Shown here piece after piece: positions 8,268 through 16,374 of a DNA stretch of 22,410 nucleotides. The notes below the pieces were generated by a model, which saw only the letters and a program-made list of their open reading frames with translations, was not told the DNA's origin and did not search any database. Origin of the DNA: a virus; the IMG/VR virus record IMGVR_UViG_3300009506_000203; one strand, 5' to 3'. The position numbers and the translations under genes are program-made. How positions within the stretch are numbered: position 1 is the stretch's first letter; every line of letters starts with the position of its first letter.

Positions 8268-9651
8268 CGAGCCCGACCTCGACTTCTCGAACCTGCCCGT
8301 CATCGAGCTGGAGTACACGGTCCCCGAGGACGACACCAGCCTGTTCCTCGTTCCGGCCGCGCGGCTGCCCTACCTGCTGGAGCGTATCAAGAAGCTCCAG
8401 AGCCGCCAGAAGCGGCTCGCGAAGGTTGGGCCGCTGGCGGACGCGGCGTTGATCACTGTCGAGGTGACCGCGCGGCAGCTCCGGCCGCCACGGTGCATCT
8501 TCTGCGGGCACGACCAGGTCCCGGCGCACTACAACGACGGCCGCTGCAAGTACGCCGCGGGGTACTGGCGTCCCGGCTCGCCGCGCGTCTACTACCTGTG
8601 CCGCGTCGAGGGTCCGCGCGCCAAGCTCGCCGACTGGGAGTTCATCGCGACTCTCCAGCACGAGGATGCAGGAACCATCCTCCGTGCTGTTCCGGGCGCT
8701 GAGATCGCCGAGGGTGAGCTGGACCGCTTTCGCAACGTGAAGCCGCATTGCGAGCACTGCAACGCTCGCCGCTACCGCAAGGACTCGTTCGTGGTCCGGC
8801 ACGATGACGGTACTCTCCGTCAGGTCGGCCGCACCTGCCTGGGCAAGTACCTGGGTGGCGGCGTCGATCCGAAGGCTATCGCGCGGCTCGCCGAGCTGCT
8901 CATCGAGGCCCGCGGCGCCGCCGATGAGGAGCCCGAGCTGGGCTGGGGGTCCGGCGGCCCGCTCGTCGGCCCGATCAGCGACTTCCTCATCTTCGTCGCT
9001 GCCTGCATCCGGCTCGAAGGCTGGCTGCCGCGCAGCAAGGCCGGGGACGACGAGGTCCCGACCGCAGACCGCGCCTGGGCGCTTCAGTTCCCCTGGTCCC
9101 AGAAGGGTCGTGAGGAAGCGGAGCGCTTCCGCAACCAGATCGAGGACCGCGATGTCGAGCTGGCCCAGGCCGCACTCGACTGCGTTCGGCGCGAACTGAA
9201 CGAGCACAACACCCGCAGCGACTATGAGCACAACCTGCGCGTCGCCTGCGCTGCTGATGTCGTCAAGGGCCGCACCGCTGGCCTGGCGGCCTCGGTGGTG
9301 ACCTGGTACGAGCGGCGCCTGGTCCACGAGCAGCGCCGCCAGGCCGCGCAGAGAGCGGCTCGAAGGGCTGCCAAGCACTCTGAGCACGTCGGCGCAGTCG
9401 GCGACATGATCAACGTCGTCGTGACCGTCCGCGGGATCTCCGATGGCTTCACCGACTACGGTGCCTACCACTTCCACCGCTTCGTCGATGTGAACGACAA
9501 CAACATCATTTGGCGCTCGACCCGTGAGCGGCTCGAAGTCGGCGCGACCTACGAGCTGCGCGGCAAGATCAAGGAGCACGGTGAGTGGAAGGGTATCAAG
9601 CAGACCCAGCTGACTCGGTGCCGGGTCCTCAACAAGATCGACAAGAACTAG
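8257..9651 (+). CDS. large hypothetical protein with C4 zinc ribbons (464 aa)
   Basis: GGAGG lies 6 nt upstream of ATG 8257. It has CIFCG...C and CEHCN...C motifs and a C-terminal beta-rich domain. The upstream part of listed ORF 8134..9651 is S/T-rich off-frame sequence. Confidence 0.55.
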   Translation: MFRDEPDLDFSNLPVIELEYTVPEDDTSLFLVPAARLPYLLERIKKLQSRQKRLAKVGPLADAALITVEVTARQLRPPRCIFCGHDQVPAHYNDGRCKYAAGYWRPGSPRVYYLCRVEGPRAKLADWEFIATLQHEDAGTILRAVPGAEIAEGELDRFRNVKPHCEHCNARRYRKDSFVVRHDDGTLRQVGRTCLGKYLGGGVDPKAIARLAELLIEARGAADEEPELGWGSGGPLVGPISDFLIFVAACIRLEGWLPRSKAGDDEVPTADRAWALQFPWSQKGREEAERFRNQIEDRDVELAQAALDCVRRELNEHNTRSDYEHNLRVACAADVVKGRTAGLAASVVTWYERRLVHEQRRQAAQRAARRAAKHSEHVGAVGDMINVVVTVRGISDGFTDYGAYHFHRFVDVNDNNIIWRSTRERLEVGATYELRGKIKEHGEWKGIKQTQLTRCRVLNKIDKN

Positions 9652-9661
9652 GAGCAAGCTG

Positions 9662-10348
9662 ATGACCGTACATCGCATCGATCTAAAGTGGTCACTCTGG
9701 TCCGTCAACGAGGAGACTTGGGAGGAGCGCGGCGCATCCAAGGCGCTCGCGGCAATGAAAGCGGCGGCGGCCGGCGGCGACCCAGTCACCGTCCACACGA
9801 CTCCTGGGAAGGAAATCAGGTACGGTACCGTGACCATCGGCCGCCGGCCCGATCACTTCATGGCTGAGCACGCGCGTTTCCTGCCCCAGCTGACGGCAGC
9901 CTACGATAGGCTGTCGGAGGAACAACGGGCCGAGGCCGAGGCGCTCGAAGCTGCCTTCTTCGACGGCGACCGGGCAGGATTCATCGCGTGGGCTCAGGAG
10001 CAGGTCCCGGAGGCGTTTACAACGCCCGAGCCACCCGCTCCGACCAACGTCGCCTACGTGCACTTCTGCGCCCTCTGGGACGATCCAGCCGACCTCGTGC
10101 CCGACAGTGTGTCCGAGGAGCGCCGCGAGGAAGTCGAGGATCAGATTCGGAGTTGGCTCGCCAACGGGGCAGGTTTCGACGAGTCCGGCGACGCCGTCGG
10201 CGCGCAGATCGATGCCGAGGTCGAGGCTGGGGACTTCGCCGAGCTGCTACGTGACATCGATGAGATCGAGAACGCGTTGCTGGAGCGCGAGGCGGCTAAC
10301 AGCAAGGCGCTCGACGAGTTCTTGACTACACTCGGGGCTGCTACCTAG
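9662..10348 (+). CDS. hypothetical acidic protein (228 aa)
   Basis: It has an SD GGAG and then an ATG. Confidence 0.5.
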   Translation: MTVHRIDLKWSLWSVNEETWEERGASKALAAMKAAAAGGDPVTVHTTPGKEIRYGTVTIGRRPDHFMAEHARFLPQLTAAYDRLSEEQRAEAEALEAAFFDGDRAGFIAWAQEQVPEAFTTPEPPAPTNVAYVHFCALWDDPADLVPDSVSEERREEVEDQIRSWLANGAGFDESGDAVGAQIDAEVEAGDFAELLRDIDEIENALLEREAANSKALDEFLTTLGAAT

Positions 10349-10871
10349 CCTGGTGGACGTAGGACTTCGCGCAGGTCACGGCTCGACGAAGCGTATTCTC
10401 GTGGCAGGGGAGCGCGCCCTGACCACGAAGGCGCTTCGCAGTCCACTTGCCGCCCTTCTGGTCGAAGGCGATGGACACGCCGTTGATCTTGCCCACCCAC
10501 CCAACGATCGACCGGCGGAACCGGATGCCGCTCATCTTGCGGTTCATCTGGACCCCAGCCAGCTCGACCTCGTCGTAGCGAGACTGGTCGTGCAGCGGCC
10601 GGCCGGAGTACTTGGTCGAGCAGACGGGAACGTCCTCGTGCGTCCAGGAGGCCGGAAGTCGGTTCCGCTTGTTGCAGCTCACCAGGAACAGGCCACCCTC
10701 CGGGCCCTTTCCAGGGCACGCGAAGTTGATGTCCACGTCGCCGACTCCTGAGCCGCTCTCGCTGATCGCCTTCTGCACGGCATCCTTCCAGCCGCGAGTA
10801 GACACTGGGTAGCTGCCGAAGCGCTGGCTTCCGGCGGGCGTCGTGACCACGAACTTGCACTTGCCGTTCAT
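10341..10871 (-). CDS. hypothetical Cys/His-containing protein (176 aa)
   Basis: The internal ATG at 10871 has AGGA upstream. The alternative frame 10345..10986 is R/P-rich sequence. There is an 8-nt convergent overlap with the gene ending at 10348. Confidence 0.45.
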   Translation of the reverse strand: MNGKCKFVVTTPAGSQRFGSYPVSTRGWKDAVQKAISESGSGVGDVDINFACPGKGPEGGLFLVSCNKRNRLPASWTHEDVPVCSTKYSGRPLHDQSRYDEVELAGVQMNRKMSGIRFRRSIVGWVGKINGVSIAFDQKGGKWTAKRLRGQGALPCHENTLRRAVTCAKSYVHQAR

Positions 10872-10882
10872 AGCTCTCAATC

Positions 10883-11509
10883 CTACTCGATCTCGTCGGC
10901 GCCGAGAACCCCTCGCAGGCCCGCGCTGACGTTGACGCAGCGGACGGCTGCCCGGAGCGACTTCTGCCGCCGACATGCCCGAGCAATCTTGCGGCCGCGG
11001 GGAGTTAGCGCGGCTTCGACGAACCACTCACCGTCGGGACGCTGCGTGAACCTGTACAGATCGCCTTCTACTTCAGCCTCCCAGCGGGGAACGATCGCCG
11101 CGCGTCTGCGGAGCAGCGTGTCCCCTACTCTCACGGCCTTTCCCAGCACGCCTTTGGCTATGAGCTGCGGGTCCAGCTCATAGACGTGCTCGATGCCCGA
11201 TGCCGTATGGAACACGACCGGTGTGCCGTCGGGGTATCGCGATCGATACCAGGTCACGCTCCAGTCATTGCGCATGAATTCGGCTGTGAGGTCCCGACCT
11301 TCACCCCACCAGTCGCGCTTGACCACCTTCCACCCTCCCACAGCCTTGGCAAACTGGTTCGGGGTGATCTCCTCGGCGTGGTTCGTGATGTACTGCACGA
11401 TGTCGTCGTCTGTTTCAGCAATAGCGGCAGCGTTGTGCTCGGGCGGTGGACTCGGGCAGTGCCAAGCGAAGTGGTAGCCTCCGGGCGTCAGCTTGGTGTT
11501 CTTCGACAT
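10883..11509 (-). CDS. hypothetical protein (208 aa), leaderless
   Basis: GTGATAGGAT on the minus strand ends 7 nt before ATG 11509. Confidence 0.5.
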   Translation of the reverse strand: MSKNTKLTPGGYHFAWHCPSPPPEHNAAAIAETDDDIVQYITNHAEEITPNQFAKAVGGWKVVKRDWWGEGRDLTAEFMRNDWSVTWYRSRYPDGTPVVFHTASGIEHVYELDPQLIAKGVLGKAVRVGDTLLRRRAAIVPRWEAEVEGDLYRFTQRPDGEWFVEAALTPRGRKIARACRRQKSLRAAVRCVNVSAGLRGVLGADEIE

Positions 11510-11550
11510 CGAATCGATCCTATCACCTGCCGATGATAGAGTGGAAGCTC
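11510..11550. promoter_or_regulatory. 41-bp divergent region: inverted repeat CTATCA-N8-TGATAG whose two arms are the extended -10 elements of back-to-back leaderless promoters
   Basis: On the minus strand, GTGATAGGAT is followed 7 nt later by ATG 11509. On the plus strand, GATGATAGAGT is followed 8 nt later by GTG 11551. Confidence 0.45.
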
Positions 11551-11835
11551 GTGAAGAAGCTCGCCACGGTTCGCCACATAGACGGTTCTTTCTATGCCTG
11601 GATCTTTCAGTGCCCAGGCTGCCACGACGTGCACCTCGTCGATGGTCGATGGTCCTTCAACAACGACCAAGAGAAGCCGACGTTCCAGCCGTCACTGAAA
11701 CGAACGCGCCCAGGTTACTGCTGCCACTCGTTCGTTCGTGACGGAAAGATCCAGTTTCTCGGTGATTGTACGCACGAGCTTGCGGGCCAAACCGTCGAGA
11801 TTCCAGACTGGGATGGATGGGGCGGCTACGAGTAG
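11551..11835 (+). CDS. hypothetical CPGC...CC protein (alternative start ATG 11533)
   Basis: The listed ORF 11446..11835 extends into the divergent gene. GTG 11551 fits the leaderless promoter, while ATG 11533 lies inside the -10. Confidence 0.45.
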   Translation: MKKLATVRHIDGSFYAWIFQCPGCHDVHLVDGRWSFNNDQEKPTFQPSLKRTRPGYCCHSFVRDGKIQFLGDCTHELAGQTVEIPDWDGWGGYE

Positions 11836-11888
11836 TTGCCGGCGCCCACGGCTGCGGCTAGAGTTGTGGTGCTGCAAGGAGGGGGACG

Positions 11889-12083
11889 GTGGAACAGGCG
11901 ACGCTGGACATGCTCCTGAGTACGTTGACGACGGAGAGTCTCACCGCGCTGGCGGAACCGCGCAAGGACGACGACTCGACGACTACTGCATTGCGGCAGC
12001 ATGCCGCAGTACAGCTCGCCGCTCGACGCGCGAGAGCGGCAGACGAGCTGCACACCGCTCCTGGTGCTCAGCCAGGAAGATGA
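11889..12083 (+). CDS. questionable small ORF (64 aa)
   Basis: A strong SD AAGGAGG sits 8 nt before GTG 11889. GC3 collapses in the second half, where it overlaps the minus-strand Cys-rich gene. Confidence 0.25.
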   Translation: MEQATLDMLLSTLTTESLTALAEPRKDDDSTTTALRQHAAVQLAARRARAADELHTAPGAQPGR

Positions 12084-12204
12084 CCCGCACAGGGACACGG
12101 CAGAACGCGCACGGAACGCAGACAGGGAAGCACTGGTGCTCAGGGTCGTGCTGAGCGCCCGGTGCGTGGCAATCGCAGTCACAGTAGGTCGAGATGGTGT
12201 ACAT
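11983..12204 (-). CDS. small Cys-rich protein (YCDCDCH...CFPVCVPCAFC)
   Basis: It has an ATG at 12204 with a GGGGGG SD, and GC3 of about 79%. Confidence 0.4.
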   Translation of the reverse strand: MYTISTYCDCDCHAPGAQHDPEHQCFPVCVPCAFCRVPVRVIFLAEHQERCAARLPLSRVERRAVLRHAAAMQ

Positions 12205-12267
12205 GGCAATTCCCCCCAGGGAAGCCACCCAACCTACTCGATCGCTGCATGCACTGCAAGCCGTTTG

Positions 12268-12390
12268 CTACGGCCGCTCACGACTCACGTCGATCATAGC
12301 CATGATCATCCCCAGCACGGAGAGGCCAACGGTGCCCCCGGCGACCCAGAGCATGATCCGCTCGCCTTTTGTCAACGGACGTGTGGCCAT
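12268..12390 (-). CDS. unlisted small membrane protein (40 aa: MATRPLTKGERIMLWVAGGTVGLSVLGMIMAMIDVSRERP)
   Basis: It was found by manual translation. It has a single TM helix, GC3 of about 78%, and an AAGG SD. Confidence 0.35.
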   Translation of the reverse strand: MATRPLTKGERIMLWVAGGTVGLSVLGMIMAMIDVSRERP

Positions 12391-12419
12391 GGCTTTGCTG
12401 CCTTACCCGCCAGCGGAGG

Positions 12420-12866
12420 CTAGTACGATTCCCCGCGGTACGGTTCCGATTGTGGACGAAGATACACATAGGCGCCGATGCTGACGACGGCCAGGAAGCT
12501 GAGCCCGACGGCCCCGATCTTGAGGTAGCTGGTCCGTCGCTCTTTGCGGACCTTCTCGATGAGAGGCTTCAGCGGCGCTTCAGCCCGGTAGTACATGTTC
12601 TTCAGCTCGGCCGCCGACGCTTGCCGAAGGATGGCCAAGGCTTCGTCGGTCATGCCGAACTGGCGCGCGCCATCGGCAAGGTAGATCATGTAACCTTCGC
12701 GGTCGGGGATGTGGTCCGTGCGAAGGTACACGGCGTAGATGCGATCGAAGCCGCCGGGCCGCGCAGCGTCCGTGACGATCTCGTGCTGCTCGTCGAGACT
12801 CCAACGCTCAGCGTTGTAGAGGTCGTCGAGCTGTTCATCGGTGAAGCCTAGTGAGAGGGTGAGCAT
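12420..12866 (-). CDS. hypothetical protein with a C-terminal transmembrane anchor (148 aa)
   Basis: It has an ATG start, and the hydrophobic stretch IGAVGLSFLAVVSIGAYVYL lies near the C-terminus. Confidence 0.5.
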   Translation of the reverse strand: MLTLSLGFTDEQLDDLYNAERWSLDEQHEIVTDAARPGGFDRIYAVYLRTDHIPDREGYMIYLADGARQFGMTDEALAILRQASAAELKNMYYRAEAPLKPLIEKVRKERRTSYLKIGAVGLSFLAVVSIGAYVYLRPQSEPYRGESY

Positions 12867-12870
12867 AGCG

Positions 12871-13086
12871 TCACTCTCCGATGCGACGGATGCAGCCGAG
12901 GTGAATCAAGTCGGTGAAGACCTGACTGGCAGCTTCTTCGGAGCCTTGATGGCCAAGCGCTGCGTCCCGCGAGAGATCTCCGAAGACCAACACTGCCCGC
13001 GTGCAATTGCGTCCCCGAGCGAGCTGCTCGGCTTCATCGACTGCGCGCATCGGGTTCTTGTAGCGGATTGCTTGTCTCCGAGCCAT
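12871..13086 (-). CDS. small hypothetical protein (71 aa), leaderless
   Basis: The -10-like TAGACT ends 6 nt before ATG 13086, and palindrome site 2 lies just upstream. Confidence 0.45.
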   Translation of the reverse strand: MARRQAIRYKNPMRAVDEAEQLARGRNCTRAVLVFGDLSRDAALGHQGSEEAASQVFTDLIHLGCIRRIGE

Positions 13087-13120
13087 AGCGTGAGTCTACA
13101 CCATGATCGCGGCTGCGATC
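13087..13120 (-). promoter_or_regulatory. palindrome site 2 (GATCGCGGCTGCGATC, 13105-13120) followed by GTGTAGACT promoter
   Basis: The palindrome abuts the stop of the upstream minus gene. On the minus strand, the -10 is 6 nt downstream of the palindrome. Confidence 0.45.
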
Positions 13121-13770
13121 TACTTTCGAGGGCGGCGTGGCCGGAAAGAGACGCGTGCCTGGACGGGCTCGCAGTTATAGCCCCATTCCGACAGTGAGTT
13201 GCCGTCCGTCCGAAGGCACGCGGCTGGGACTCGCTTCGAGAGCACACACATGTCCTGGGACGGGTCGGTCCCGTGCCGGCCGTGCTGGATCGCGTAGTCT
13301 CGGGACGTGGTCACCCAGTCGCCGTTGTTGATTTCGCGGACATCGCAGGGAACGGCGCGGTACATCCAGACGCGCGCATCTGGCCGACCTCGGACCCGGC
13401 TCGCGACGTGGAAAGACTCCCAATCGGTCGGTCCGTAGGCGTACCAGTCGGGGCGCCGATAGACATCGTCCGGGTAGACACCGTTGTCGGTCAGATCGTA
13501 GAGCGGCGCGCCTTCCTCACCCGCGGGCCGGTGTTGCATCCCGTAGTCATCCGGCGCCGCGCCGAACAGCCCGCGTAGGCCGCGGACCAAGCCACGTAGC
13601 AACCCGAAGCCGCGGAACTGGGGCCGCTGCTCCGCGTAGCTCGACGCGACGACGTAGCCGTTGGCGATCTTCTCGGCGTGTCGCTCGGCCTGGTCAGGAA
13701 ACTGGTAGACGGCGACCTGTCGAGGGCCGATACCAGGGCGATACTTGAACACCTTGTAGAAGGTTGCCAT
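13120..13770 (-). CDS. hypothetical protein (216 aa)
   Basis: The internal ATG at 13770 has a GAGGA SD and forms a TGATG overlap with the NUDIX stop. The listed ORF 13120..13842 is an upstream extension in the same frame. Confidence 0.5.
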   Translation of the reverse strand: MATFYKVFKYRPGIGPRQVAVYQFPDQAERHAEKIANGYVVASSYAEQRPQFRGFGLLRGLVRGLRGLFGAAPDDYGMQHRPAGEEGAPLYDLTDNGVYPDDVYRRPDWYAYGPTDWESFHVASRVRGRPDARVWMYRAVPCDVREINNGDWVTTSRDYAIQHGRHGTDPSQDMCVLSKRVPAACLRTDGNSLSEWGYNCEPVQARVSFRPRRPRK

Positions 13771-14168
13771 CAGTTCCTCACGAACAGCTCGACGCCCGGG
13801 TGCAGCGGCTGTGGAAGTTGGCCTGGATAGAACCACCCCCAAGCGTCATTCTCCCAGTTGAGTCGCGGCTGCCATCGAGCTGCGGCCCCGGTTGGGATGG
13901 TCGCGATGACGGTCGTGAAAACCCCGCGCGGTGTGCCATCCCTACGGAGGGTGCGCGATGGATGAAAGCTCACGAGCTGCATCGGGGGTAGACTGCCGGT
14001 CTCCTCCTGGAACTCTCGAAGCGCCGTCGCGATTAGGTCGGTATCGCCTGCATCTTCGCGGCCGGCTGGAATCGACCACCAGCCGGGCTCGCTGACCTGC
14101 TGGGACCGTCGGACAAGCAGGACGGCGCCATCATCTCGGACGAGAAGGATGCCAGCGCACTGAGGCAT
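13770..14168 (-). CDS. NUDIX hydrolase
   Basis: REFQEETG is the core of the Nudix box, preceded by PAGREDAGDTD. It is about 130 aa long. Confidence 0.7.
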   Translation of the reverse strand: MPQCAGILLVRDDGAVLLVRRSQQVSEPGWWSIPAGREDAGDTDLIATALREFQEETGSLPPMQLVSFHPSRTLRRDGTPRGVFTTVIATIPTGAAARWQPRLNWENDAWGWFYPGQLPQPLHPGVELFVRN

Positions 14169-14773
14169 CAGACGACCTCACGCAGCTCCGGCGCGTTCGC
14201 GTCCAGCCACCCGATCGCGCGTCGGCTGGCGTCGTTGATGATCGCGCCCTGCTCGATGGTCCTCGACGAGAGATTGAACTGCTTCTCGGCCACAGCGATA
14301 TCGGTCTCGTTGCACTTGTAGGCGCGCAGCAGCTCGGCGAGCTTGTGACCGGCCGGAACGTAACCGTAGCGCCAGTAGTGCATCTCCAGGTTGCAGCGGT
14401 AGGCATCGGCCTCGTAGTGCGCACGACCGGAGGAGCGCAGCAGGTACTTCCACACGAAGGTCTGGCCTTCCTTGTGGTACTGGTAGACGTGCTGGTGCTC
14501 GTGGACAGCTGTCGTGATCTGGTCCCACAAGCTCCACGCCTCGGCTTCAGCGTCGGGCACTTCCCCAACAGTGAAGGGGATGTAGATGCGATTACCGAGT
14601 GTGGTCGCGAACCTCGTCATGAAGGTCTTTACGTCCATCGCATTGATGAGGCGCAGGGCCTGTGCGATGACCTTCATCTCCAGCGCGTCGGAGCGCTTGA
14701 TGACGCGCGACTCGTAGTGGCCACTCATATAGGCCCAGAAGTCCCTGACCACCTCTGGAGTTGGATCAGCCAT
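14168..14773 (-). CDS. HExxH-motif protein, putative zinc metallopeptidase (201 aa)
   Basis: It has HEHQH with a downstream Glu (EADAY). The internal ATG at 14773 has a GGAGGG SD. The upstream part of listed ORF 14168..14968 is R/S/K-rich sequence. Confidence 0.5.
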   Translation of the reverse strand: MADPTPEVVRDFWAYMSGHYESRVIKRSDALEMKVIAQALRLINAMDVKTFMTRFATTLGNRIYIPFTVGEVPDAEAEAWSLWDQITTAVHEHQHVYQYHKEGQTFVWKYLLRSSGRAHYEADAYRCNLEMHYWRYGYVPAGHKLAELLRAYKCNETDIAVAEKQFNLSSRTIEQGAIINDASRRAIGWLDANAPELREVV

Positions 14774-14774
14774 C

Positions 14775-15275
14775 CTATTGGCCCTCCGCCGCGTGTTCAT
14801 CTGGTGGCGGTGCGGGGGACCAGGGCAGCGGCTGCGGCGCTTCCTTCTGCACCGTGTCCCAGTCACTGAGCGGTGCCGGTGAATCAGCTGGCCGCTTCTC
14901 CATCTTGGCGAGGCCATGCGGCTTCTCTTTGAGCGCGTGGAGCTTCGCTTCGTAGTCCCGTCTCTCAACTCCGGTCCGCGGCGGTTCGGTCCCGATCATC
15001 GAGATGGCTTCGTCGAGGTCGCGTTCCACCAGGGACAGTCGGTAGTAGAGGTCCGCACGGGCACGGTCAGCATCTATGAGCTTCTGACGAACCGCGTGGT
15101 AGGCGCGCTCAGCTCGTTGATCGGTCCATTCCCGTGTCTCCTTGACTTGCTCCTTTGCCTCGTTCCCTTTGCGGCGCGCAGCACGACTATCGAAGTAGGC
15201 GTTGGCAGCGCCAGCCACTGCGATGACCAGTGCAATCCACGGAGCGTATTTCTGTGCGGCCTCTTTTTTCGGCAT
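14775..15275 (-). CDS. membrane-anchored coiled-coil protein (166 aa)
   Basis: ATG 15275 has a GGGAGGGG SD. The N-terminal TM segment is YAPWIALVIAVAGAANAYF. Confidence 0.5.
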   Translation of the reverse strand: MPKKEAAQKYAPWIALVIAVAGAANAYFDSRAARRKGNEAKEQVKETREWTDQRAERAYHAVRQKLIDADRARADLYYRLSLVERDLDEAISMIGTEPPRTGVERRDYEAKLHALKEKPHGLAKMEKRPADSPAPLSDWDTVQKEAPQPLPWSPAPPPDEHAAEGQ

Positions 15276-15286
15276 TTCCCCTCCCA

Positions 15287-15544
15287 CTAAGTCGGCACGA
15301 ACGCGACCCTTTGAAACATGAATGCCGGATGCGTAAACCGCACCGTCAGCGGCGACCAGCGCGTCCAGGTTGTGCCGTCACCCTGGTGGTACTCGACGAG
15401 TGCCTGCGCCGTGAAGACGTGATCCTTGACATCGAGCAGCTTCCACCACTCCCTCTGCCCGCCAACTATCGCTGGTGTCACACCGTAGTCGATCACGTCA
15501 CCAACCTGGACATCCTTACCGCTGCGTGCATCGATAACTCTCAT
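15287..15544 (-). CDS. small hypothetical protein (85 aa)
   Basis: The internal ATG at 15544 has a GAGGA SD. The upstream part of the listed ORF is R/G-rich. Confidence 0.4.
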   Translation of the reverse strand: MRVIDARSGKDVQVGDVIDYGVTPAIVGGQREWWKLLDVKDHVFTAQALVEYHQGDGTTWTRWSPLTVRFTHPAFMFQRVAFVPT

Positions 15545-15552
15545 CGGTGTCC

Positions 15553-16371
15553 TCAGTACGCCAACAGCCGCCAGTAGATGCGCGGCGCCCCAGAGTTGAG
15601 TGTGGTCTTGATGAAAAGCCACTGGACATTGGGCGGGACGACCAGATCGAAGACCGCCTCGCCGCTTGGCGCTGCCATCGTCTGCGCGGTCGTGAGATCG
15701 AACTCGAAGGTGGGAGTCAACCCTGTCCACGGGCTCTGCGCCGCTGTCAACTGCACATCGCAGCTCCCCGCATGCGTGCTTCGTTTGAACAGCACCCGAA
15801 GCCGCTTTCGCCCAGAGATCGCGAGGACCCTGACGACGTTGGTGCCAGCTGGCACGATCATCTGGCTCGGAGATTCTGAGATCGGGCCCAAAGCAGTAGG
15901 CACGTTCGTGGGCGGCCGAAGATAGGCTATGAGTTGGAGCTTTGGGTAGACCGGCGTGACATCGTCACCGGAGGTGCCGCCGAAGATCGGAACGCCGTTG
16001 GGGTCGTTCCCCATCGCGAAGCCGAATGGCGTGCTGACGCTCGTGCCCACCGGGTAGTAGGCGTCGTCGAATCTCTGCATCGGAACCGACCGTCCTCGCC
16101 ACGGTCCGGGGATGTCTCCGATGAAGGGTGCTTCTGGCGTGACTATCTGCTGAGAGGCGATCCCCCACGCGTTCGATTGCACCGCGAACGTGTCCAGGTC
16201 GCTGTTGGGGTGGATGGCAATGCCTGCCAGGGAGAAGTTCTGAAGCCCTGTGTCGAGGCTTTGTGGATCCCCCGATGCGCCACCGTTTCCCCAGTTCGTC
16301 AGGGAGAATGCGAAGCGGTCATAGCCCTTGATGAGCGCCGTAGAGGGATCGACGATGTATTCGAGTGTCAC
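15553..16371 (-). CDS. G/S/T/P-rich beta-type protein (272 aa), possibly structural or secreted
   Basis: It has a GTG start with an AGAGGA SD and sits in a tightly packed operon. Confidence 0.5.
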   Translation of the reverse strand: MTLEYIVDPSTALIKGYDRFAFSLTNWGNGGASGDPQSLDTGLQNFSLAGIAIHPNSDLDTFAVQSNAWGIASQQIVTPEAPFIGDIPGPWRGRSVPMQRFDDAYYPVGTSVSTPFGFAMGNDPNGVPIFGGTSGDDVTPVYPKLQLIAYLRPPTNVPTALGPISESPSQMIVPAGTNVVRVLAISGRKRLRVLFKRSTHAGSCDVQLTAAQSPWTGLTPTFEFDLTTAQTMAAPSGEAVFDLVVPPNVQWLFIKTTLNSGAPRIYWRLLAY

Positions 16372-16374
16372 GCG

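Noticed and set aside
8227-9837. 536-aa ORF on the minus strand, the longest ORF in the table
   Set aside because: It is antisense to the well-formed 464-aa plus-strand gene. Its composition is A/G/L/V/R-rich with no start context. It is a typical high-GC antisense artefact.
13120-13770. Possible R-S-E type ADP-ribosyltransferase, from an Arg, a TTS tripeptide and a later E-x-x-x-x-E
   Set aside because: The motif order and spacing are unconvincing without a profile search, so this was not called.
13770-14168. Concern that the NUDIX box is imperfect, because G-x5-E-x7 is not exact
   Set aside because: REFQEETG and the surrounding PAGR/E-D context are still highly characteristic. The call is kept at reduced confidence.
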